From NCBI GenBank assembly GCA_047495785.1, contig JBLDXI010000013.1, forward strand, positions 868,001 through 932,000: a stretch of DNA of 64,000 nucleotides, written 5' to 3'. The notes beneath the pieces were generated by a model. It saw nothing but the letters and a program-made list of their open reading frames with translations, had not been told where the DNA came from and did not search any database. This DNA is from Lepidodermella squamata (lineage: Eukaryota; Animalia; Gastrotricha). Position numbers and translations under genes: made by a program. Positions 24,191 through 36,694 of this stretch are shown here, one piece after another. Numbering within the stretch: the first letter of the stretch is position 1; every line of letters begins with the position of its first letter.

Positions 24191-25929
24191 TTAGGAGGTT
24201 TCAGTGGTCTGCTCGCCGTCATTTTGATCCACAGAGCCTGCCAGCAGATCAAGTAAGCTCCTACCCGAGGCTTTTGCAAGGGCGCTCGCATGGCCCGCCG
24301 TTGTAGGAGATGATTTTGTTGTAGTAGTCTTTGCCGTCGTTGTAGTTGTCGTCGTCGGTGGTTTTGTGGTTGTTGTTGTCGTTGTTTTCGTTGTCGTCGG
24401 TTTCGGGGTAGTTGTCGTCGTTGTTCTTGTTGTGGTCGTCTTCGTAGTTGTCGTCGTTGTCGGCTTTGTCGTTGTGGTTTTTGTTGTAGTTGTCTTAGTT
24501 GTCGTAGTTTTAAGAGTCGTAGTCTTAGGAGTAGTCGTAGTAGTCGTAGTTGGCTTCTTTGTCATCGGCAAGGCCTTTGGGGTGTTGGCAGCAATCGTCG
24601 ATTGAATCCATGATATGTAATTGCATGGTCTAGCGTAAACACCCAGCATGCCTATAGCATAGAGTACATAAAAAAGTTTGAGACGACAAATTTACGAACC
24701 TGGTTCAGCACATCCGATGCCAAATGAAGTCTAATTTTAAAATATTAGTTTAAATTAAGGCGAGTCGGGCAAAACTTACCACACCATTAAGATAATGCTT
24801 GCCATCAGACCCAATGCAGGTTAAGGGGCCGCCAGAGTCTCCCTAAAAACGTAGCTAGAGATAAGTCATAATTGAAGCTATAAATCCCGCACTTGGCAAG
24901 TGTCGATGCCTCCTTGAAGCTGACCAGCGCAAACCTGTAATAACATCAACCTATTGATTGGAATTTCCAATGTCTATAGTCTTCTAATTACCATTCCATT
25001 CGTAATGTTGTATTTAGGCACCGTTTTGTCATAAATATGTTGACAATCTGTTCGATCCCCCATTTCGACAGGTGCCTTTTGCAACTCGTTGGGAACCGTG
25101 AATGGATCCAATTTTGAAATGCCCCAACCTAAAAATTCGAGCCGTCTTTATTACATTTCGTCCGAACGTTTCAAAGCAAACCTGCAACAGTACAGCTGCT
25201 GTGAGCGGGAGCTTCTCCTGTCGCACAGTTCTCGAAAAGACACACAGGGCGAATTGTATCAGTGAAATTAATCGCTCGTTCCAACTTCAGAAGGGCGACA
25301 TCATTATCAGAAGTGTCTGCGTTGTATTCAGGATGGTAAATTTCAGTTTCGGTTCCGAGCGTGATCTGGCCAGGAACTGTTCCAGAGAAATGATAATGGC
25401 CTCCGAGTAGTATCGATGTTCGGCCACTGTTCCATGTGAAAATCACTAAAGTTTCAGACTCGAGGTTATCAAATAACTAACCCTTCGGAAATGCAGTGAG
25501 CAGCTGCAAAATGGGAGCAAAATTTAGATTATAATCTAAGCAAGAGACGAATTGTTCACTGACCTGTTAATACCCATTGGCTGTTTATCAGAGACCTGAA
25601 ATGAAAATTGCCATGATAATTATTGATTAGCCAGGAAACGCGATTCAGTATACCCGCCGCATTGAGAACCTCCGCCTGCATCAGCTCTGAACGTGAGCAG
25701 CGCAATCCACGGAAATTCATTTATTTGAGCGGTTACTCCGCCAATAACCCTACTGGCAGCCATAGTTTTCGGTTGACCGCAAACTAAATGTATTAAAATT
25801 CATGCAGATCTTGTTTCTTCTATTTTCGCGAGTCTTACCATCTGCGTTAATCCAAGTTGAATCCGCTATGACGACAGGATGGACGACTATTGCCATCAAG
25901 GCAGCAAATAAAGTGTAGAATTTTTTCAT
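24191..25929 (-). CDS. Secreted single-domain trypsin-like protease F with Thr/Lys-rich mucin-like tail
   Basis: Signal peptide MKKFYTLFAALMAIVV; R-VIGG, AAHC, DNDVALLKL, DTCQ|GDSGGP; (K/R)TTTT repeats at about 24300-24560. Confidence 0.88.
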
Positions 25930-26399
25930 TTTAGCTATCAAATTCCTTTATTCACTTAATTTTCACCTGCTTTTATCCATTATTGTACTCTTGATACTTA
26001 GTAGAAACGTGGCTGCGCGACGCTGGCACTTGATATACGTGCTTAGTTTTCATGACGTCTTCAATAAATTACATCAAATAATCAAAAAATGTAGGTTAAA
26101 GCTCAGACAAATATTCAAAATTCCCCTGTTATTTTGGAACCAATGAGCTGCCTTAACTGCAATACGGAATTCTGTTCAATAATGATTGCCAAGCAATCGT
26201 ACTGAAGTTTTAACGACGGCGAGAGCGAGAAGTCAAGTAGATTCTGTTCCCAGCGACCTGTAGGCTAATATTTGACGAATGAAGGCCCTCCTTTTCGTCC
26301 TGTGTTCGGCCGTTTTTTCAATTTTCCCAATTTAGGCATTTTTCGTTGTAAATACTTGCAAATTAAAAAAAATGCAAATGTTTAGCTCGTAATAGACGT

Positions 26400-26945
26400 T
26401 GCAGTAGTCCCACCCTAGTTTAAACCTGGGCACTCCTTTGCCATATTGCTTGTCTGGCATGCAGTGTCCGCTGGTATACCAGTTTACCAGTTTTACCAGT
26501 TTATCGTTCTCCATTCTTATAATACGGCTTAGAAATCTAAGGTGACAATTTTCGACTTTCCCCTCGCACGTCTTTCTAATTTCCTCATTTCTTACTTTAT
26601 CCAAGATTGAAAGGTTTGCTATTGGCCTAAGCCATCTCATTTGCGTTACATCTAGCCTGAATTGGAGCGCTACAGTTGTGTTCCAGCTTTCGCATGCATA
26701 GATAAGGGCTCACTTCACGGCTCGTTTCCCCTTCCTTTTAGCGGGTATATATACTTACTTTCGATTTGTTGCTGATAAATCTATTTAGTGCTCTGAAGCA
26801 AGATCCTGCCCTCTGCATTCTATCTTCGATTTTTTTGTGAGCATAGGTATGTGCCATATTACCTCGTCACATATTACGCTACCTAGATATTTAAATGTCG
26901 TTAAGGTTTCCAATTGCTCACCATTCATGGTCAACGGGACAACGG
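26400..26945 (-). mobile_element. Degenerate RTE-clade non-LTR retrotransposon fragment (RT C-terminal region)
   Basis: Broken frames read PLTMNGEQLETLTTFKYLGSVI, LIYACESWNTT..RLDVTQMRWLR and DKVRNEEIR, typical of the RTE RT thumb region. Confidence 0.8.
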
Positions 26946-26949
26946 GCTG

Positions 26950-27204
26950 GAAAAGGCCGCTGAGGATCAGGCGATGCGATTGGATCAGCTTCGATTGTGT
27001 TCGGTGCAGCTTGATCCCTCATGCTAATGCCGGAACTGTCAGGAGGCGCGGTCGAAGCTGCAGTAGGTTGTTTGGATGTGCAGCAAGATCCCTTTTGCAC
27101 AACTTGAGGTAACATGAGTTGAGGAATCTCGGTAGATATTCAAAAAATGTTGTTGGGATCAAGCTAGTGTCTCTAGGACAACCTGAATCAATAACAATTT
27201 TCAT
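26950..27204 (-). pseudogene. Truncated duplicate of the 5' end of protease gene E
   Basis: 26950-27107 aligns by eye to 23560-23720 (QVVQKGSCCTSKQP..DPIASPDPQRP versus QVVQKGYCCTSKQP..DPIATPDPQRP) and ends at the LINE fragment. Confidence 0.85.
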
Positions 27205-27246
27205 GGCCCCTCTGAGGTTTTTCGTGTGTGGAGGAGTCTGAAATTA

Positions 27247-28123
27247 CACAGTAAAAAAAAACTCGGTGCTTACCGTGCCAAATAAGCTATCCAGTAATAA
27301 CCAGTTTACATGTTAATCAAAAAGGGAAAAAACCTTGTGCACATACAGTCATTACCGGGTTTTGGAGTTTTACCGGGTTCCATCGAACACGGTTAAACCG
27401 GGTTGGAACTAACCGAGCTTCGAAAAACACGGTAATAACCCGTTCAGCGTTCGGATAGGTATTTACCGATATAGCTGTGAGCTCGGTATTTACCGAGTAT
27501 CGACACCTCGATTATTAAAAATCATCGATAATAAATGAAAAATTGATTTTTCTAATCGATATTGGCATCTGTAACCCAGATTACGCCTAATATCGATTAG
27601 AAACAATATTTGAAAGAATATTAAACAAATTAAATGATAAGTTAACTTACGTCACCAGCGAGGCTCGAACTTGGGACCTTGGCATCATACAGCGCGCGCG
27701 TTACCACTAGACCACGGCTCCTACTTCTACACATGACCTTAATAACGACTCTTAAGTTTTTCATGAATTTTTCCAATTTTTTCAAATTAGCGCTTGCGAA
27801 CTGTATGCCAGCTGTATGAAGTTGCCCACTGCATACCCTACCTAATTTTCGAGGGGGAGTGCAATTCATCATGCGATCCAATAGGAATGGGGACTTAGAA
27901 ATATTTTCTGTAAAAATGCGGCAAAGTCGGTACAAAGTCGGTACAAACCAGGTTCATAACCGATATTTTGTAGATGCATGGTTCTTAGTGGGTTGCACTA
28001 GGTCGGTTACTGCGAAAAGTAGCAAAAACTCGGTTGTCATCTGGTATTTACCGGGTTCCGTAAACGCTGCACGGTAAATTCCGTTTTTCCAACTGGGTGA
28101 AAACCGAGTTATTTTTTACTGTG
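27247..28123. mobile_element. Non-autonomous TIR element (CAC-terminal, CACTA/CMC-like MITE), about 877 bp
   Basis: Termini CACAGTAAAAAAAAACTCGGT and ACCGAGTTATTTTTTACTGTG, TA on both flanks, many subterminal ACCGAG/ACCGGG repeats, no transposase ORF. Superfamily assignment is inference. Confidence 0.8.
27651..27721 (-). other. Degenerate tRNA-like segment (Pol III A and B boxes) inside the TIR element
   Basis: Minus strand GGAGCCG-TGGTCTAGTGG..AGGTCCCAAGTTCGAGCC. tRNA length and box spacing, but stems do not pair properly. Confidence 0.6.
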
Positions 28124-28524
28124 TAGAACATTTAAAATCATCAAGAAAACTGAGTAATAACATCTCGGATTTCAAGAATTCAAGTGAACACACTTGTATC
28201 GATTTGTTTGAAAATACAGACAATTCGCCTAACCCCCACTTTTCAAGTGTTACCGGTCATGTGAAGCATCTTTCGTGCACTGTTACTTTCCGCTTTAGTT
28301 GCATCTTACATCACGTCATACATGAAGAATACCTATGCATACCTACCTCCATACCTGCATCCATACCTACTTCGTTCGAGTTTTTCCTATGCATTTTTTT
28401 CCATCCGTTAATCGGGCATCCCAAATGAGGATTCAAACATGACGCATGACGTATACCTCTGATCATACAGCAATTCGTATTATTGAAAAAATAATTGCAA
28501 GAAATCAGTCAAAGAAGGAAAAGC

Positions 28525-30223
28525 TTATGGGGCCTCAACAGTATCTCCTCCGTCTCCGGAACCCTCCGGCATAAGTACAAGCAAGCTCCTCGCCCCGCCT
28601 TTCGCAAGGGCATTTGCGTCGCCGCGAGGTGATTTCGTTGTAGTCGTTCTTGTTGTCGTTGTTTTCGGCGTCGTGGTCGCTTTTGTCGTCGTAGGTTTCG
28701 GCGTAGTTGTCGTCGTTGTTCTTGTTGTCGTTGTTTTTGTCGTAGTTGTTCTTGTCGTAGTCGTCTTTGTCGTTGTGGTTCTTGTTGTAGCCGTTCTGGG
28801 CGTTTTGACAGTAGTCGTAGTTGGCTTCTTCGTCATTGGCAAGGCCTTTGGGGTATTGGCAGCAATCGTCGATTGAATCCATGATATGTAATTGCATGGT
28901 CTGGAGTAAACACCCAGTATGCCTAAGATATCACATAAATCAAAACATTTCCCTTGAAATTTCAAGATCCGAAATTTACGAACCTGGTTCAGCACATCCG
29001 ATGCCAAATGAAGTCTAATTATACAATATTAATTTAAAATAAGGCAAGTCGGGCAAAACTTACCACACCATTAAGATAATGCTTGCCATCAGACCCAATG
29101 CAGGTTAAGGGGCCACCAGAATCTCCCTAAAAATATAGGTAATGGATACGTAATTATTGAAGCGTTAAAAAATCCCGCACTTGGCAAGTGTCGATGCCGC
29201 CTTGGAGTTGACCAGCGCAAACCTGTAATAACATTGGCGTATTAATTGGAATTTCGAAAACCTAATAATTTCTCTTATTACCATTCCATTCGTGATAGTG
29301 TATGTAGGCACTGTTTTGCTGTAAATGTCTTGACATACTGTTCGACTCCCGATATCGACAGGAGCTTTTTGCAGTTCGTCGGGAACCGTGATGACGCCGT
29401 TGGCCTCGATCTTTGAAATGCCCCAACCTGAAAATGCGAGCCGCCTTCATTATAATATTTGGCCCTCATCAGACGTTTCAAACAAACCTGCAACAGTACA
29501 GGTGCTGTTGACAGGAGCTTCTCCTGTAGCACAGTTGTCGAAAAGACACACAGGGCGAATCGTATCAGTGAAATTAATCGCTCGTTCCAACTTCAGAAGG
29601 GCTATATCATTGTCAGAAGTTATTGGGTTGTAATCCGGATGGTAAATTTCCGTTTCTGTTCCGAGCGTGATTTGACCAGAAATTGATTCGGAGAAATGAA
29701 AATGGGCTCCAAGGACCACCGTCGTTCGGCCACTGTTCCAATTGAAAATCACTGAAATGTTTGGACTATCTTTTAGATGATTAAATAACTAACCCTTCAG
29801 AAATGCAGTGAGCAGCTGCAAAATAGAAGCGACATCTTTTATAGATCAAGGTACGAATTGTTCACTGACCTGTTAATACCCATTGGTTGTTGATCAGAGA
29901 TCTGAAAATAGATATGCCACGATTTGCGATTCAGTAACCGTGATTTAGCATACCCGCCGCATTGAGAAGTACCGCCTACATCGGCTTTGAACAGGAGCAG
30001 CGCAATCCACGGAAATTCATTTCTTTGAGCGGTTATTCCGCCAATAACCCTAGTGGCAGCCATAGTTTTCTTTTGCCCGCAAACTGAATCAATCAAAAGT
30101 GTGGGGCTCAGCGTTACTTCTATATTTTTGGCAAGTCTTACCATCCGCGTTAATCCAAGTTGAATCCGCTATGACGGCATCTAATGCCATCAAGGCAAGG
30201 AATAAAGTGTAGCAAGGTTTCAT
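28525..30223 (-). CDS. Secreted single-domain trypsin-like protease G, close paralog of F
   Basis: Signal peptide MKPCYTLFLALMALDAVIA; [22 protein letters not shown]|GDSGGP; Thr-rich tail; introns alignable with F. Confidence 0.88.
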
Positions 30224-30978
30224 TTTAGTTTAGAATTCCTTCATTCCCTCAATTCTCAACTGCTTTTATTCTTTGTTCTCCTCTTTGTACTTTTTATACA
30301 CTTTTCAGAAACGTGGCTACGCGACGCCAACCATTAGATACGTGTTACTTTTCAAGACATTTTCAATAAATTCAATAAAGTTGAAGTTGAAGCTCAGAAA
30401 CTTGATAAAAAAAAATCCGAAGTTATTTTAGCCCCTAATAAGAGCTGCTAAAGGAGACATTCTGAGTTCTGGTAGTCAGATAGCCAATCTTAGTAACATT
30501 TTCCAGAGGAGGCGATTAGGAATAGTTATAGGAATCTCCGGGGGCCCGTTGAGCTTTCATTTATAATTCTGCCATAAATTAGCCACTTCCTTGCAGGATA
30601 GAATCTTATAAGATCAAGCATCTTCTTAAATTTTAGGAAATAAAATGAAAATATTGAACTTTTTATTTGTAATCATCGGCCAACAATCTTCATCAACAAT
30701 CCGAAGATGATTTCAGTATTTCAACAAAGAAACATAGATTTGATTATACATTCATATTATTCATCAATTAGGTAAGTTATATATATAAGTCAACGAAGAC
30801 ATCGCCATGCGAGGGTATCGAGACAAGAAAAAAAACCAAACAAATTGTTTACGGATGACATATTTAAGCAGCTGAAACAATTAAGGTCTTGTATAGACTG
30901 TGCATTTTTTTAATTGAATGAAGAAGAAAGAAAACAAAAATGTATTACGCACATTTTCAAGGCGCGTTTATGACATGA

Positions 30979-32911
30979 TCACTTGATCTCCAAGGTGATG
31001 GTCGAGGAGGGTTGCGCCGGCAGCTGGACGCTCGAACGCGCAGCTGATGGTTGCGCAACACTAACGCGCGACACCGGCGAAGCGGGTCCAGTGGGGCCTG
31101 AATTCGCTGCAGAATCATCGATAAGATTGCTGAGCCGCCCGGAAACCAGAGGTTGCATAGCTGCCGCTGAGGCTTCCTTGTCAAACAACATCGAATCACT
31201 CTTCTCGCGGTCGAACTCGTTCTGCTCCTGTTCCTCCTGGCGCTTACGGCGCCGCTTCAACCACCTGCCAATGCAAGAGCACTTGCCCTTCTCAACGCAC
31301 AGGTAAATCGCGTAAGACAGCTCGGCGATCCAAAGAGGAATGGGGGTTAGCTGTGAAAGAGAAATTTAACAGATCTTCTCATGAACAAAAGTAATTAAAG
31401 CAAACCATTGTAGTCACAATGGGTCCAACAACTGCGATATCGGCATCGGGTGCTTGTAAGGAAATCATCAAGGTAGCCATGGCAACACCAGCAGACTGTT
31501 TTTGGCACATTTTCAAATAAAAAATATCCATGATTAAATGGCTATTTTACCTGTATGCCAGTTTCGATGGCGATTGTAATGGCTTTGGAATAGCCTTGAC
31601 GAAGCAAATAGGCTATCACGAAACCTAGGGTGAAGCCAGAGTATGGCAAAATAACAGCAGCCAGAAGAATTCGAGGTTCAACCAAACGGAATACGTAAAG
31701 ATTTGTCAACAATCCAGCTCTATAAATCGAATTTAAATTGAATTAATTACGACGGCAAATAATCTTACGTGATTAGGTAAAGGAAAATGACGACAAGCAT
31801 AGGACGGACGCCATATTTGAACATTTTGTCCGCAAGCTGCGGCTTGCGCCAACGAACCAAGATGCCGACGCCGAAAGGAAAGACTGTGGAGGCGAGCGAG
31901 GCGCCGATGCCCTTGAAGTCGATTGACAGGTCGCTACCTGCAGTGGCACCGGCCGCAACTTGTGGGCCTAGGGTGTAAATCCAAAACGGCATCATGCCGA
32001 GAGCTGCGATCGTCGAGATTATTGTCATTGTGACAGAAAGAGGCAGATTTCCGCCGAGGAAATACGTGTGATAATTCGACCCTCCGCCGCCTTAATAAAA
32101 GTACATTCGATATTTGATAAAACTGAATCTTTAAGGGGCTAACCTGGGGAGCAGCCGACGATAAAAATACCCAGAGCGATACTAGGGTCAAGTTCTATCG
32201 CCTTAACCACCCAAAATGCTGTCTGTCAAACAAAAATAAAATGGGTAATAATTTGAAAATTCCTTGAAATTTAGTGGAAAATACCAAGGGCATGATTATG
32301 TATTGACAGCAAAATCCAATGGCTGGGCCAATCGGGCGTTTCAGCACTTCAAGAATTTCCTCCCAGTTGACATTCAGACCGATACCGGCATTGCCAAAGA
32401 TGATGAGGCAGAAAATGATAGCCTGGAAAATGGCATCACGAGGCTTGCGGCGGCGCAGAACCGCCACCCGGATTTCTTTGAACGTTACAAACTCCTTGAC
32501 ATTCGTGCCATTTTGAGCCTGCAAAAGCAACCGGGCGTGTCCGATCAGCACGCCCTTCACCAGCAGCGTCTTGTTTTCGAATAACGACACGGCAATGTTC
32601 TCGAGCGGTGACTCACCGGGGCCGTCATACAGTTCGTCGATAACAGAACAACGCGGCCAGTCGTCGTCGGTTTTAATTATTCGAAACACAGCCTTAGTAC
32701 AGCCGGCATCTTCAGTCGACGCGTTCATCCGTATCGTAATGTTGTAGAATTCCTTTTCGTAAACTTCAACGCGCTGCGTTTCATTCGTTGCCAGGTCGAC
32801 TTCGACATATTGGAAGCACGGGTCTAGTTCGGGTTTGGACGTTGTTTCCGTTGCCCCACTCAGCAAAACTACAGCTGAGAGGATAATTAAGGAGGATGCT
32901 CTAATTATCAT
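30979..32911 (-). CDS. SLC10 sodium/bile acid cotransporter-like protein, copy 1 (signal peptide and N-terminal ectodomain)
   Basis: KRPIGPAIGFCCQYIIMPL, GCSPG|GGGSN, NLPLSVTMT, TIAIETGIQ motifs across short introns. Confidence 0.9.
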
Positions 32912-33867
32912 TTTGCCATTCGTAAAAATTCAAATCATTCCTGATTTTTAAAATTCTCACGATAACTATGGGAATAAATAAATATATAAAAGTAGAGATA
33001 ATTAATCATGAAGGCAGTGTAAAATGGCAGGTTTTTGTTCCAAAATACGGCCATATTTTCAGCGTTATTTATTATAGCTGTTGTGCTTTGATTTTTGGCA
33101 TGATGTGTGGGCCGGTTTTTCGTGATGTTAAGCAAGCTATAGCTCTTTACTGACCAGGTCAGTTATTATTATTAGATGCGGAAAGGCGGTATAAATATCT
33201 GCTGATGGTCTCCCTATTAGGTGGATGGAGGCCACTGTGTAATAGGCCATTTCAAGCTATACTTTTCATTGGGCAAATAACATTGCACTCGAAGCGGCGG
33301 ATGAAATGTGCAACGGAAATATATAAGGCCTCTGTATTGTTATTGCATGTGGAAAGAAAGAATATACGGGCCAGCAGCAGAGGAAAAAAAATAGCGCGCA
33401 CTGTTGAAGATCGAAGACAGATAAACCGCCACGTTGCTGCAACGCCTCGTTTTTCGGGCGCGAGCAGCAAAATGGAGCCAGCCACAGCACGTCCGACCGA
33501 ATTCGTAGCCTTATCGCGTTGATGTAATGAACGTTAACAATAAATCGAGCGCTGTAGTAATACTCCACAACTAGATCAGCCTGCTCAAGCTCTCATCGAC
33601 CATTTCTCTCTATATCGATTATTTTTTACACGAGCAAATAATAATGAAAAAACGCGGTCGACTTGAAAAAATAGACAATTGCAGTTTTTATTGTTTACAA
33701 CCATGGCGATGTTTCATCGTTCAACTCAGCTATAAAAAATTTGACAACATGCGCTCTGTGTTTTTACTGAATAATAGACAACTCGTGTAGGTATTTATAT
33801 ATAAAGTAGAATTGCGCGTGAAGTAATTAGCAGGTAAACATAACATAAACACGTCGCTTTACAACCA

Positions 33868-36001
33868 CTACTCAGCGTCATGGTAGATAGACTCGAGCGA
33901 TCTAGGGTCCTGAGGCCTCGAATCTGGACTTTCGTTCACATTTTCGTAACCACCCGATGAAGTTGAAGAGCGGCGAGCAGGTTCAGCCTCCTGCTGCTTT
34001 TCACCTAAAGGTATTACAGTGGAGGCTTCAGATTCAACGGTCATTGTCGAATCTCGAATCGACTGTTCTTCGCTAGTTGGTGATTCGACGCCTAGAAGTG
34101 GTTGCAGGGCTGAATCTCGGACGGGAGCAGCGTGTTGCTTCGGAGGTTCGCGAGGTTTTTCTTCGATGCTTAACATCTTAATCTCCCCTTCGTCGATTTT
34201 TCTCGTCGCGTAATCCTCAATATCATCGCGGCCATCAATAACCTTGTCTTCTTCTTCGATCTCTTTTCGGCAGAGGTCAGCCGCCACACAGCGCTTCGCC
34301 TTTACTGAGAGGTAAATCAACCGGCAGATTTCAGCAATCCAAAGCGGGACCGGCGTAAACATAGCAACGGCAATCGGCCCGACGACCGCAATATCTGCAT
34401 CAGGTTGCGGGAGCGAATAAGTCAACGTATTAATTGCAATAGCTATCGATTGAATTCCGGTCTCTATAGCTATGGTTACCCCGATTGAAAGACCTTGACG
34501 TAGCACCAAGGCGATGATGAAACCGAGAAAGAAGCCGACGTAGGGCAGGCAGGTTCCAGCCAATAGCACTCTAGGTTTCATCAAACGGAAGATGTAAGCA
34601 TTCGTGAACATGCCCATCGTTATCATGTAGATGAAAATGAAGAGAAGAAGCGGCCTCACGAGCGTTTTGAAAATTCGCTTGGCCAATAACGGCCGGCGCC
34701 AATTAATCAGGATGCCAATCAGGAAGGGTACAATACTAGACACCAACGAGATCAGGATTCCTGTGAATTCCAGTTTAATGCCGCTTTTGGCCTCGTCGAT
34801 GACGAGTCTCCCGAGTGTGAACACCCAAAATGGCATCATGAAAAGCGCCGCAATAGAAGATACGAACGTCATGGTGACCGAAAGTGGCAAGCTGCCACCT
34901 AAAAAGTAGGTGTGGTAATTGGAACCTCCACCACCTAAACAAAATTGAAAATTGAAATAAACTAAAATAATTGGTAGTTTTCTTATCAACCTGGAGCACA
35001 GCCAATCAAAAACATTCCTACGCCTACATTAGCTGGCAAATCGATCAGCTTCACAAGTGTAAATCCGGCCTTTAGTAAATTAATTGTAGGTAATTTTTGT
35101 GAAATAATGATTCGTAAACCAACCAGTGGCATGACGATGTATTGGGAGAAGAAACCAATAGCCGGGCCGATCGGACGTTTCATAACATCACGAATCTGCG
35201 TCCAGTTAACTTCAAGGCCGATACCGATGTTTCCGAAAACCATCAAGCAGATAATGATGATTTGAAATATGACGTCGATCACGCGATGTTTGCGTAGAGT
35301 CGCCACTTTACCACTTCGGAAGGTTACCCAGCTCGAATCGGGCAACGTTGAAGCGTTGAAATCTTTCGCTTTCGTATCGACAATGCTCAGGTTCAGAGCT
35401 TGAAAATTAAGACCAGCGTATCCCAGAAACACACCGCGAGCGTAATTTCTTGTGGGGAATCGATCGCCATACCTCACAGCAACAACTCGCGATTGGACAA
35501 CATCCTATAAAAATTAATTAGCTATCAAGTTCTCATTGTTTTCAATTTTATTACTTCGCTCAGAGGATTCGAGTCACTGTTAACCAATTCCGCAGTTTTA
35601 ATTTCGTTGAAATCCTCAACTAAAATTCTGACCCAGACAACAGAACAATCAGAGATAGATTCCTGGGAGAAAACCGGGCTTTCTTTGTTGAGACTCATGC
35701 TGAACTGAGCAGTTTCGCCTTCGGTCACGTTTATTCGACCATTGTGGTTGTCTAGAACGTGGAAATTGATCGCATCGTAGCATGGCGATAGACCCAGCTT
35801 TTTCACAGCGCTTTCGTGCCATGTCTGCGCCTCTGCTATAGCTACAGGTACCGTAGTTGTTTCGAAAGAAATCTCCGATGTTGCGTTTTCGCTGTATTGG
35901 AACACGTCGGCTCCAGTGGTGCTTTGCGATAGAACTTGTTCGAAATTCCACAGCGCCACCAAGGTTATAACCAACATCAGCGGGAAAGGGCTATTTGCCA
36001 T
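33868..36001 (-). CDS. SLC10 sodium/bile acid cotransporter-like protein, copy 2
   Basis: Signal peptide MANSPFPLMLVITLVALW; KRPIGPAIGFFSQYIVMPL, GCAPG|GGGSN, TIAIETGIQS. Confidence 0.9.
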
Positions 36002-36694
36002 TTTTCCACCTCGCAAAAAACAACTGATTTATCGGTTGCTTAAAACTTGGTTGAGATGTAGTGCGGGGTATTATGATACTGGTCCTTATTTTGGCGTTGA
36101 TGTGATAGCCGTGGAAAATGATAAAATGTTACTACACAACTCCACGTTGAGGCATGTAGGATTGCCGGCTAATGAGAAATGAGACCAAAATATACGGCGG
36201 CGATAAGGACGTATCGCGCGACAAAACACGAGAGAGGTGCCGCGCGTAGCAACCGATAAAATTTCCGTGGTACTTTTACTTCTCGGCGGTATTTTTTTCT
36301 GAATGTGGAATGCGAGTTCGACGCGTTCGAGAACCAGATAAGGCGGCTTTTTACTTCTCCATTGATGTTGCTATACCTAATTGACTAACTGCAGTATCGT
36401 GTAACCACGTGGTTGCACTCAAAATCGGCTGTAGCAGCAAAGAAACTGCGAAAACGTAAACAAAAAACCGCAATCGGCGAAAATACGATTACATTTATTT
36501 TACACATGCCTTTATATCTATCGTATCGCATTTTTGCACATGGAATATCTCCTGCCATCTCCTCACATCGCCCCCTGTCACACCGTCATTCATAAAGCAA
36601 CAACAACAACAATAATAAGCTTATGTTCTAGTCACGATTTAACACCGATTCTTCTACATATTTTCTAGTTTATTTTCGTCCGTTTTTTATCAGC

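Noticed and set aside
24366-24605. Poly-Val ORFs on the + strand (also 28673-28876)
   Set aside because: Antisense shadows of the Thr-rich tails of proteases F and G.
36110-36410. Cluster of GATAA and CCACGT motifs upstream of SLC10 copy 2
   Set aside because: Short motifs with only modest enrichment; cannot be supported without conservation data.
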